64,000 nt of DNA, from NCBI GenBank assembly GCA_964035545.1, contig OZ037767.1:7574581-7638580 (forward strand), written 5' to 3'. Both the position numbers and the translations under genes were made by a program. Of this stretch, positions 13,336 to 25,700 are shown in pieces (the first letter of the stretch is position 1; each line of letters starts with the position of its first letter). This DNA is from Bugula neritina. Lineage: Eukaryota; Animalia; Bryozoa. The notes under the pieces were generated by a model. It saw nothing but the letters and a program-made list of their open reading frames with translations, had not been told where the DNA came from and ran no database searches.

Positions 13336-15198
13336 GCAAATACTCCTTCTCTGAAATGAGATTGTACAGCAGAATAACCTTCTTGTAGGTAATTGATAAT
13401 AATTCCACAAAAACAATATCAGTAGCTGAAAGTTGGAGATAAAATTGTATTTCTTTACCAATGTTAGTCAACAGGCATTAATGCATGTGAGAAACCGCAA
13501 AATATTACACAGTCTCAGCCGTATAAAAGTAGTGTTATGTGAGAGAGGATTTAATATTTTTGTCTTACCAACCACAGAATTACATAATAAACTTTTTGAT
13601 AAAAACGGGTTAGTTTTAAAATAAATTTTTCAGAGAAAAGACAAATTTCTTTTAAAGAATTTGAGTAAAGATAAATCATCAAAACTTTGGCGTCATTTTG
13701 AAAACAATATTCACAGCTGTTTCACCAACAATGACAAATACCTCTCTATTTCTACAGTCTAACTTTTCTACTGGACAAGCAAAAATAAGTCACGTTAATG
13801 CACAACACGACTTCCATTTGAACTGTCATTCACTCCAACAGCCCTATTGCAGTTTCATGCAGCTGAACGTGAATAAAAGAAAAGGCTTGCAGTGTGCTAT
13901 AAGATTGTGTTATGAAAACTAGTTCATGCAAAAAGCATAGAGTTACAAGTTAAGGCTTATACCAGCAAATTAATAAAATGTTCTGGTAAGTTCAACTATT
14001 AAAAGCATATTAAGTAATATTTGTAGCCGTGAATAAAATGGTGGTTTTATCATCTTTGCTATCTGCTAAATGTGACTGCACTGGATCAGTATAATACATA
14101 GCTCAATATATTATTTTCCAATTAAATGTTATGAACACCAAATCACACTACACGCATAGCCAGCGGAAACTATACAACAACATCTAAAATTCTCCTTATA
14201 CCCTTACTCTTCTGGTAGGCATGTCTTGCAAAATACTGGGTTCAGTTAAAACCCTGAAAATAAGATTTGATAAGTAATGGCAATGGCTAAGAAAACATTG
14301 TAAAAAGGGAAGATGAAAATGCAAAGTAGACGTCACTTACACAATAGCCATATACATTTGCAAGTTTCCAAATTCTGCTTATGCATTTTATTTTCATTTC
14401 AAATAAAGGGTTATAGTGGTTAGCTAATCAGGCAACCCTATCAAAAAAATTACAGTTTGGGCTTTGAAAACATATAAACCGTGCACTCCTCCAAAGAATG
14501 TGTTCTATTTACTAAATATATTTTAAGCTTACAAAACCTTGTAGAACACCCACTGTTTTACTAAATTACCAAAATTATAAATATACAACTATATTATTAT
14601 TTAGAAATAAAACTAATAAAATTGTTAAAGTAAAATTAATGAAATATCTGAAGGTTTAAGGCTGGCTCAAGTTAATTAATTTTTTCTTGCTAAGGTTAAG
14701 AGAAGCTGTTTTGAAATGAGAAAAAACAATTTAAATGTAAATAAAATTTGGAGACATTAAGAACTGCTGGTAAAATTGAAGTTATGTAACATAAATAGCA
14801 ACAAATGCAAAGTATTGATAGGATGAATAAATAATGCAAAAGATTAAAATGATTATTAAATTCACTCCTTTATACCAGTATTTAATAGCACTCAGGTCGG
14901 AATTTTCTTAGCTTAATCAATATGAGTTATTTTACTTTTTCGACTATACAGTAGAAGGTACCTCATGTTAAAGACAATTAAATACTACGTCCTGTAGTAA
15001 TTAATTGTTGCGTTTAAAGTACAATCTACTACTAGCAATACTATCATTGTACTTGTAACCTAAGTTTCCCCACCCTTACTGCATTGATGTGCAATCACAG
15101 ATGCTTCATGCCGAAAAAAAATAAATGAAAAGAAGTCAATTATATGGCTTTTCTATGGCTGTGATAACAGATTGGCAATGCATTGGAACCTGCAGGAT

Positions 15199-15446
15199 TA
15201 GTAGTAGTAGTAGCAGTAGTAGCAGTAGTAGCAGTAGTAGCAGTAGTAGCAGTAGTAGCAGTAGTAGCAGTAGTAGCAGTAGTAGCAGTAGTAGCAGTAG
15301 TAGTAGTAGTAGTAGTAGCAATAGCAGTAGTAGCAGTAGTAGCAGTAGTAATAGCAGCAGTAGTAGTAGCAGCAGTAGTAGCAGCAGTAGTAGCAGCAGT
15401 AGTAGTAGTAATAGAAGTAGCAGCAGTAGCTTTAGTAGCAGTAGTA
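15199..15446. repeat. (AGT/AGC)n trinucleotide repeat with a 9-bp AGTAGTAGC period
   Basis: Directly visible; source of the poly-S/L/T/V ORFs. Confidence 0.95.
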
Positions 15447-15509
15447 AAGTAACAGTATAGAAGGAAATTGACATTCTGATTGGAACAGTACACTCCATCT
15501 AAGACCATC

Positions 15510-15829
15510 GTAACTATCAGCCAGCTATGTTGGTAACTATCGGAGCATCCACTTTACAGCATTGATCTTGCCCTTTCTGATTACCATCTCTTCGGTGCTT
15601 TAAAGCTCCATACAAGAAACTCATGACAAAGTCAAAGCTACTGCAAGTGACTGCTTTCTGAGTCAATTTAATAAATTTTATGCTGCATGGAGAAAAAAGA
15701 TACCATCAAAGATGGCAGAAAAGTGTTGAAGTGTCGAGAAATTATGTCAAAAATAAAAATATCAAGTATTCAACTCAACTTCAATTTGACTTATTGCAAA
15801 ATTGTCTTTACTTTTCAACTCGCCCTCAT
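15510..15829 (+). mobile_element. Tc1/mariner transposon relic: C-terminal transposase fragment plus right terminal inverted repeat
   Basis: From 15543 the frame reads EHPLYSIDLALSDYHLFGALK (mariner HPPYSPDLAPSDYHLF motif), followed by a degenerate RWQK.VE...NYV end. The terminus ACTTTTCAACTCGCCCTCAT matches the reverse complement of the mariner-type TAYGAGGG..AAAAGT repeat. Confidence 0.85.
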
Positions 15830-16169
15830 TGATATTCAAATGGGACTGGGTAATTCTTACATTAGGTCTAAGAAAAATAATAACAACTAACACTGATAGT
15901 AATAACAGTACCAATAGCCATACCTATACTTATAGTACCGTTGGAGTCATGGTCTAGTACTAGGAGTCACAGTTTGAGTTATATAAATTACAGTTATTAC
16001 TTGTTAGTGATAAGAGTTAATGTCTGAGTAATACCAAGTCTAAAAGTACTAGTAATAGTAATAGACTTACAGTACTAACTAATATTTATTGATATATTTA
16101 GGTTAATGTTATACTTATAGAGTTAATCTTATAGTTATAGAAATCCAAATTGCATTATACTTACTTTTA

Positions 16170-16460
16170 GTATTACTATTACTATTACTATTGGTATTAG
16201 TATTACTATTATTATTACTATTATTACGCCTGATACAAAGAGTAAATCTAATACTAATAGTGATAGTAATAGTATTAGTAATACTAATAGCAATAGCCAA
16301 TACTAATAGTAATAGTATTAGTATTGGCTATTGCTATTAGTATTACTATTACTATCACTATTAGTATTAGATTTACTCGTTGTATCACGCATGATAATAG
16401 TAATAATAATAGTAATACTAATATTAATAGTAATAGTAACACTAATACTAATAGTAATAC
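16170..16460. repeat. Long imperfect palindrome centred at about 16312
   Basis: 16232-16308 (GATACAAAGAGTAAATCTAATAC..GCAATAGCCAATACTAATA) is the reverse complement of 16316-16386. Mirror-image ORFs appear on both strands. Confidence 0.85.
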
Positions 16461-16919
16461 TAATGGTAATACTAATAGTAATAGTAATAATTTAACTTCA
16501 GTTATAGTTAATGTTATGATATTAAATTTAATATTACTATTACTATTACTATTAGTATTAGTGTATTAGTAGAACAATTAAAATAAGTATTACTATTACC
16601 TACTAGTACTATTACTATTAGTATTACGATTATACTTACTCTTACTCTTACTCAGTCTTAGTATTACTGTAAGACTAAGTGTAACTGTAAGTCTAAGTGT
16701 AAGACTAACTCTAAAACAACTGTAAATGTAAGTGTATTACTATTACTATTAGTATTAGCATTACTTATTACTATTAGTATATCAACTATATCTAAATTAA
16801 ACAATAATAATCAATTACTATAAAAACACTGAGGAGTGATGCTATGAACTTGCTTATAAATATAATAATTTATATCATTAGTGGTCTACGCACCTGGGAA
16901 CAAATCGAAACTGATTTCG

Positions 16920-17247
16920 AGAATTATTTTATAAGCAGCTCCGAGTCAGGGTGAAGGAAGATATTAATTCGAGGGTGGGGAAAGGGTGGGGTAGGAGAAG
17001 AAAGCTTAAATTTAAGTTTGGAGTCGAATAAATAACTCCGAACTCGAGACCCCGGCACTGAAACCGTCCTTCGCCCCCAACTTGGAGCTGCTTATAACAC
17101 AATTTCTTTCACTTAAGATCGGAACCACCATTGAACTATAACCTATAGTTTCAGTTCAGTGAGAGCCACCAATTCCAAACTCGAGAATCCCGAACTATGG
17201 CACTCAATGACCCTCCGACTCAAGGCTGCTTGTTATAAAACAATTCT
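16920..17247. mobile_element. Small inverted-repeat element with a G-rich core (MITE-like)
   Basis: GAATTATTTTATAAGCAGCTCCGAG at 16921 pairs with TTGGAGCTGCTTATAACACAATT at about 17082 and, more loosely, with about 17217-17246. The core is GAGGGTGGGGAAAGGGTGGGG. Confidence 0.55.
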
Positions 17248-17379
17248 GATTTCAATTTTGATGTTATGGATTCCTTTAAAATCATTTAGGGGAAATTGGT
17301 AATTAAGGATGCGAAAGCTAGTTGAATTGTCATCACGTTCAACCTCAGAGTTATCTTCCTAGTTATACAAGATAACTGC

Positions 17380-17660
17380 TGCATTACTAATACTATTACT
17401 GTATTAGTATTAGTATTACTATTGCTATTAGTATTAGTATTACTAATACTAATAGTAATACTAACCGTAATACTAATACTAATAGTAATACTAATACGGT
17501 AATAGTAATACTAATACTAATAGTATTACTATTACTAATAGTAATACTAATACTAATAGTAATACTAATACTAATAGGAATATTATATTATTAATACTAC
17601 TAATAGTAATAGTATTACTATTACTATTACTCAGTATTAGTATTACTATTACTATTAGTA
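17380..17660. repeat. AT-rich hexamer low-complexity tract (TACTAA/TAGTAA/TATTAG) in both orientations
   Basis: Directly visible. Confidence 0.85.
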
Positions 17661-19136
17661 TCAGATTTCAACTTAAAACTTTTTGTGAGTAGAGTCTCTG
17701 CATAAGATCTTACAATTGTTCTACTTTTAGTTTTATAATCACTTTAAGTTTATTATAATGATTTAATTTAAATTTTCATAAAGTTAAATTGTTTGATATT
17801 ATTATTATTCATACTGATACTCAATATGAATATCATAGTGATACTGATAGACCATAAGTCCATAACCCATGCTCATACTCATAGGAATAGGTCATAACTG
17901 GCATAAATGATTAGTGGTAACTAAGTGATAGCCGATAGCACAAGTAAATTTACCGATATTCATATTGATAGGGGGTATCTTCAAGTTCATATTTTTATTT
18001 AATTTTCACAATTATTATTATAATAAAATTATTATTTGATTATGATAAGTGATTATGATTATATTCGTCTTATCTTTATTAATCATAATGGTACTGATAG
18101 TAACTGTAAACTTGTAGGACTATCAATATCAGTATGACTATCAGTATCACTATCAGTATGACATTGGCTACGTCAGTGGATTGCCTGATCGGCTATGACT
18201 ATGAGTATGAAATTGACTATCACTATGGGTCTGTTGATTATATCATATGAGTAATACTTATTCACAGTATGACTAAATCATGTAATAGGTAAAGTTATAC
18301 TTATACTTGTAGTAAATAACTATAATTATAAATATGTGTAAGTAATAACTTATTTCTTACTAGTATAACGTAACAGTATACAGCATATATTAACATTGTT
18401 ATACTTATAATAGTAACTAATTAGTTATTGTATCAGTATCACTATCTGTATAAGTAAGTAATTGCCATTACCAGTGTCATAGACTTCTTACCAGGCTTAT
18501 TCCTAATATGTTTATGGCATTGGCAATGGCAATCACTCTGAACTATTGCCCTAGCTGTGTCTAATCTTCAAATCTCTAATAGTTCTTGGCAGCAAGCTGT
18601 TCATGTACTTGGTACCGTTAGCCTGTACTGATCGATGATGTCTATCCTCCTGTTTCGGGCGAGTCTGTGCAATGCTTGCAGTTAACTGAAATTGATGCAA
18701 CCTTGAGTGTCTTTGTTTTAAATCTAAATGATAGATGTTTACTAAAGTTCTTTAATGATACTTTGTGCACTCTTGAACCCTGCGAATTTGTAAATTTTAT
18801 ATGTTTCTTGGCCACTTCCAGTTGCTTCTATATCTATATATAACAGTATATGAAAAACGAATGATATGTAGCAGTGCATGTATAAAAACATGTAATATTT
18901 TTAACCTTCAAAGTGATTATATGCTATCAGTAGAGCAAATGCTATAAATTGTAAATCACTAGCATGTTGATTGCCTTGACTTTGTACTCATTAGATATTG
19001 CAATAAGCTTTGAGTGCCATTATTTAAATAATGGTTGTTTTACAGTTATTTTAAGCACTAAAACATATAAATACTGATCAATTTTTTTTACTTTCTCTCA
19101 ACCATGTCTATTTTTGTAGGCTTAAACTGAAAGAAT

Positions 19137-21372
19137 ATGGTTGTCAATCAGTTCAAGACTTTTGGCTTTGTTTTGTGCCAATTGCGCTACTTCTTGTTGA
19201 AATTAGTCACAGGTCTTCTGCAACAGATTCTACATCGCTGTAATGGTAAGCAATCAAATTTAGACGGTCAAGATTTCCAGTTTTATTGTGGCAGGTTTTT
19301 ATGCACAATTTTTTTCTGTTTTTGTAAATATAAGAATTCTGAGAGTAGGAATGGATAGCGGATGAATTTATCTGATAAACCTTTGCTTTAAAGTGAGCCG
19401 GTCACAGTTCTACAAGATATTTACAACTAAGCTGTTTGATATTAACTTTTGCGAGCAACAGTCATATCTAAATTAAATATTGCTGTAAAGTTGTCAACAA
19501 TTGTTAGCTATCACATTCCTTGTTACTTGGCAGCGTTTAACCAATTTTAACCATTATTTCTCTATATAGTTATTCAGAATGTAATACTATAATTCTTCCT
19601 TTGGCACTCTTGTTACACAGTCATATTTTCTACAGGTGTAGCTGCTCACAGAAAAAGAGTCTTTGCTGGCACCGACACAACCGGGCATGTGGCTGAAGTG
19701 TCCCGGGTCATTGCCAGATTGCCTGGTATCGGCATGTCGGTCGCCTCACACTCTCACTTTCTCTGTTGGCATGAGAAGTTTACTGATATTCATTACATAT
19801 TGAAACCAAATGTCACTCTTTACTTTATGAATTCTAGCCAAGCTGTGTTTGTTGAAAATCCAATAGACGTAAACATTTATGATACTAAAAAACATCCGTT
19901 TTTCTTCATTGCCCAACGTCTCTCTTGTGTCAAAGTTATTACAGTACCGATGAGTGACTTATTAAAGTTATCTTCCAGAATTGGAGACCCTAAATGTTCC
20001 GTTGGATGGATATTTCACATGACTCGCTGTGGCTCTACTGCCGTCGTACAGGGTTTGAATGCTGTGCCTAACTGCAGGGTTGTATCAGAAAGCCAAGATT
20101 TATTGGTTCTTCTTTCCGAAATAGCAATGAAACAGAATGTAAACTTTAATGACTATTTAACCAGTTCTACATTCAGGGAAATTCTAACCTTTTCAGTTCG
20201 ATTTATCTTGAAAGATTTCTCCAAATCTGAATTTGCTTGCATTAAAACAACGGGATCTTTCAGCTACTGTCTTATATCTCTTATTGCTGATATTTTTCCA
20301 AATCACAAGTTTGTATCAATGCATCGAGATGGCTTGGCAACAGCCAAGTCAATGTGGAGAATGGGCAACGCTCATGTTGGTCTAAAGGCTGGGTTATTTG
20401 TTTTTAACAGACTTCCCACTAAATTGACAAGGTCACTACAGAAATTTCTTTTTATAATAAGTAATGGCTTAATGGCTGAAGTTGAGAGTTACTTTTATAA
20501 TGGAGAATTGAATTTATTTGTCCTTCTGTTTATCCAATGGGTCACCAACATTGTTACATTTTTACGGGCTTCTCCATCAATGAGAGGGAAACTGTTGCCC
20601 ATATTCCACGATGATTTTCAAGCAGACCGACCCCAAGTAATACTTCAAGTAAGTTTGCTCCAATTTCATTGACTAACAATAATTTTATTTTTATTTTTAT
20701 ATAAATTTATTTATTTCATCCTTTTTTTAATAAGCAGCAAAAATGTAATGTGTAGGATTTGGTTGTTTTAGTATATTCTCAGCAAACACAATACTACCTT
20801 CTGTGGAAGTTGTAATTCCTTACTGCATAGAAAACTATAGAGGGATTTGTTATTCTGCGCCCTGTGCTCATAGTTTCTTACAAATAACATGTGGTTTCCG
20901 CACTCTTATTAGTAACTTCAGCCATTTCCAAAGGCATGCTAGTCTAATGAAGCATAAAATGGTGGAAATATTGCTGGCTCACTCAATTACTATGTCATCA
21001 ATTATAAAATAACACTCAACTTCTAGTCTTTGAAGTTAGGCCTATATTACTGGGTAAAAGCTCAGTCATCAACTTTCATTACTTTTATAAAAAATAAAGT
21101 TTATTTTCAAAATTCTATATTCGTAGTTGTTTTTCTAGATCTGTGAATATTTTGGCATATCTGGAGAACACCTGCCGGCGTGTACTCAAGCTATGGAAGG
21201 TGATAGTCAGGCCGGCACTCCTCTCGATTTGAAACTTCTTCAGACTAAAGTACCATGGAAAGGAGATGAGCAGACGGTGATAATTTGCAACTCCATCCTT
21301 GAACGTTTTAATTTGCCTGATATTAACACTAAGTTTCGGTTTAATTCTAATTTACAAATTGAAGCCATTTAA
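19137..21372 (+). CDS. P-loop sulfotransferase-like protein, ~451 aa, 3 coding exons
   Basis: Exons 19137-19245, 19636-20648 and 21139-21372 are phase-consistent, with GTAAG donors. It has a 5'-PSB-like WIFHMTRCGST, a 3'-PB-like FVSMHRDGLATAKS and a C-terminal AMEGDSQAGTPL. The substrate is unknown. Confidence 0.75.
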
Positions 21373-21949
21373 AACTTTATTATGTATCCTCTTTTAACAC
21401 TCTTGCATAATTTTTTTTATATAATTTCGTACAATTTTCTACCATTATAAGAAATCTAAACAGTTCCCTTATTGGGCGTTCATTCAGCTAACCTCTAATT
21501 GAAATTGCTTACCTGTGAAAAGGTTTATTTATGTACTTTGCTCTACTGAAGTTGCCTGGATTTGTACAGCAGGAACCTATCCATCACACCACATGATGTG
21601 TTTTTCGTTCATTATTGATAGTCTTGTTCAGTTGTAGACATTTAAAATTCTTGTTTAAAAGTTCTTATTGGATTAAAAGCATATTTTAAAGGAAAAAGTT
21701 TTACAATGTCAAATAATATTATTTGATGTGTGGTGCATCTTTTGCAGTGTTTTCTTATATCTTCTAAAATCTATTTTTGCTAAACTTTAGTGATTTTATA
21801 CATAACATATTTTCTATGTTAATACTCTCAAATTTTCAATAAAATGACACTTGTAAATGTAATTAATTCCAACATGATAAATGCCAGTACAGTAAACTAC
21901 GCATATGCCTAATGTCATATAATAGTGTCTCATTTTAATCTTGCATATG

Positions 21950-22030
21950 GAAGCAGCCTTGATCCGGTGGTTCCAGCACTGGCCAAGCAAGCACTAGGTT
22001 GAATCTAGGCAAGACTATTAGTGTCAGAAA
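21950..22030 (+). mobile_element. Degenerate copy of the tRNA-derived SINE head
   Basis: GCAGC..GATCCGGTGGTT..AGCA...GGTTGAATCTAGGCAAGACTATTAGTGTCAGAAAG aligns with the copy at 27410-27597. Confidence 0.5.
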
Positions 22031-22780
22031 GATTGTATTTGCGCCTTTGTGACATCACACACAGTTCTTAGCTCATTTGTTTCACCTCTACCATCAGGGC
22101 TTCTTGCATAAATGTAGACCTCATGATTAAACAACTAATTCTCAAGTGATATTTTCCAACTGCCTGTATTACAGTTTATTCTTTATATAACATTAGGCCT
22201 ATAATATGACCGTATATTAAATTTATAAGCATGACCAGAAAATGAGCAGTTGAACATGTTATACATTATACTGTGCATATGAGCAGGCAGTTTTCATGCT
22301 TTATTATATCTTTCAGTCTTTTGTATGTTAACCATAATTAATTATATTACAACTTGACAAGGGAAGCAAGTCAGTTTTTTTCTACAGTTTATGGCTTTTT
22401 AAATTAAAAACATGCGCGTCTTACTTTAGAAAAAGTACCAGGAAGTTTTATCTTGGCACAAATAAATTATATATAAGCAGATTGATATATGCACAGTATA
22501 CCATTACCTCATATGAAGCATTTCAAATGTTGGAGTATGACGGCAAAGAATTTATTAGGGGTTAGAGAATTTATGGTACTGCAGTCCATTTAATATATAA
22601 ACTATAAATGTTGCAATGCTCAAAGAAAATCTTGATTAACATCATTAATCAATGAGGCATTAATTTTGATTTGCAAAATTTTATAAACCATCAAATGTAT
22701 TGAGGAGTTTTCATTTGAGTCTGTGAAGGCTACAATATAAGTCTCTTTTTTGCTGTTTCATATATTAAATGTACATAACA

Positions 22781-25700
22781 ATGCGATGGGCATTGCTTAT
22801 AGTTCCACTGCTCTTGCTAAAAAACTTATGCATCGCATCTTCCCATACACTTGGTGAGTATACTGTATTTCTATGACTCCTATGTCTATATAATTATTAA
22901 CCATCCTGTGGAGGCTATTAACAATTTTTAATTTTAAGCTGTAAATAGTAACCGCGGTTATAATTTTAATTGAAAATTTTTTTGAAGATAGTTCTTGGCT
23001 GCAAAATTTTTTGAAGATAGTAGGCTACTTGTAATATATAACATTATAATCTTATTTATGAATTCAGTGTATAGGTATAATTTGTACATATAATAGTATG
23101 TTTATATGATATACATACAAATGCATATATGTATATTATATAAATGTGTGTATATGTAATAATTCAAGTGCAAGCTCTTTAAATAGCAAAAGATCATGTA
23201 CTAAATATTATTTTATGTATCGTCAACTTTCTTCAACAAAATTGTCTATGCATGTAGTAAACTATATCATATACATAAACCATATTCACTTTGTAATATT
23301 TGTGCATGAGAATATTATATAGAATAATAATCCCAATTAATGAACTAGAAGTAGTACTGTTTTACACTTGATCATAATATTATAATATTGAATTATATCC
23401 AGTCATTGGACTACTCCATTTTTTTAGATGTGGGAAATATCACGGCTGGGGAAAATTCTAACCTAAAGACAATTGTTGATGCTGCTCAAGATTTGCTAGA
23501 TAGCCCAGGTTCTGATAATGATCATGGTGAAGATGACGAGGAGGCGGATGTATCTATTCAACAATATGCCAACGGGAAACTAAAGATGCGGTTCAGATCT
23601 CATGGCAGAAACCACACTCTGAATCTGAAAGAAAGTAAAACTGATTTATCTCGATTGCCAATCAAATTACTTGGTATGTCTGCAGACGATGAAAAAATAG
23701 TAAAAGAAAAATTGAAGGTAATTTATGATTTTTTTCTATTAAAATATAGTAGTAGAAATAGTTTCGATAGCACCTAATTTTTAAAATTATTACCAGTTAT
23801 ACTGTACAATGAGATATAACTTTAACTTTATAACATATATGCTACATAATTATAATAAATTCCTGCTAACCAAAATTTGATATGCTGGCTTAATTTAGAA
23901 ATTACGAAATTTACGAAATATTACACAATGTTGTCAAAGTTACAAATATTATTATATAATTTGGCTAACTAAAAGTTGAGTTCAAAAATTCATATTTTAA
24001 AAGCTATATATAGCAATTAACAAAGTTTTCAAAGTGCCTGAAGGCAGAGAGGAATAAAGCTCTATGAGGACTTTGTTGCAACAATTATTTATTTAATTTG
24101 TTATAGAAATAATTGGCTGTACTTAGCTCAAATATGTGCACTTTGAACTTGCATATCTAAGTTTACAGAATTTAAGTCTAATTCTTAAAAAGCACACATT
24201 TTTGCATATCTATAGTACATTTTGTAAATCTGTAGTCATATGGTTATGTCATTGTTTCTGCAACAAGTAAACATTTCGATAATGTCATTAATTAATTGTT
24301 GATTAGATGAAAGATAGATTGTTGGAAGATAAATAAAAGAGCTTAAGTTGCCTTTATACCTTCACGATTTTTGGTCAGAATTTCAATTTGGCCGGGTTGA
24401 AATTTCTCCGAGTATAGTAATCAAATTATTACTTCTTTGCATATTTTTACAGCGAATACAATTTACAATATCATTATATCAATTAAAAATATCACATTGA
24501 TATTATACCACAAAAGGCATGTATGAAAATTCATAAACTAATTTTGGAATGTATTGATTATATTTCTCGACTTTCTCATGTTAAAAAAGCTAGATTTTCT
24601 TATTAGGGTTTTTTGGCCTTTTGTTACTAGAAACTGGAACACAGCTGTAAACTTTATATATCACACAAGAACTTTGTCTGTTAGTTCTTTTACTTTATTA
24701 TAATAACTGTAAAAGCATTTAAAAATATTATAGCTTACCCAGGAGAGGTACTGGTTCTATAAAACTGTGACAGTGGTATTTATATGTATATGTTGATGAA
24801 TGACGCAACTACTATAAATAAAATTGTAATTAATGATTAATCAAAAACCGGCATCACAGGAGTAAGTATAAACATGATTACTTATATTAGCAAACACATG
24901 AAAACAGCTTAAAAAACTCTGCAATGAATCAATTTTGTCCAAACAAAAAGTTTTAAGCAATCATAGTTGTGTTGTCAGCTATAAGCACATTGCTAACCAT
25001 GTCATGATATCTGCAGGAAAGCTTCATACTTTTAAGCAATGGAGTTATAAGTATAAATAAGAATCAGCTGACAAAGTTAAGATAGTTAACTGTATATCTT
25101 AACACCATTGTTGTGTATTTTTTTATAAATAATTTTCAAAATTGAATTTTGCTGTCATTAATTGGGAATTCAGAAAATAGATAGCTGGGAAAAACAAGCA
25201 GTGCATGTTACAATAGTTTTTATGTACTATTTCATTCGCCTGGTATTTGTTACAAGCTAAAATTTTTATCATTATGAAAATTACTTTGTAAAATGATGAG
25301 CTGTACTTTTATATTTTGAAATAAATAATACATATGGTTATGCTCTCTTGATTCTGGAAATCTGTATATTTAAGACAATTAGTTTGTAGCACCAGTATAG
25401 CATTATGTGAGAGCAGCAGTACAATGTTCTACATGAACAAGTACAACTGTATTAAAATGGTATACTGTACAATGAAGTTATATTCTGAAGGCCAATTTTT
25501 CTTCCCGTGCATATTATGTACTCAAACACAAAAATATTTCAGATCTAATAAATTAGAAAAAAAATTTTTTCCCCCAATTGAACTTTGGCCAAAGAGTTAA
25601 AGAGCTACAGCGTTTGATATTGACATCAAATATACAGCATTTACCTGCAACGCCCATGTTTAATGGACTGGAAAATATGGCATCCTTTTAACAAGCAAAT

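Noticed and set aside
15125-15508. Poly-Ser/Leu/Thr/Val ORFs on both strands
   Set aside because: Translations of the AGT/AGC microsatellite, with no splice context or domain.
16115-16569. Mirror ORFs MAIAISIT.. on both strands
   Set aside because: A consequence of the palindrome and hexamer repeats, with non-ATG starts.
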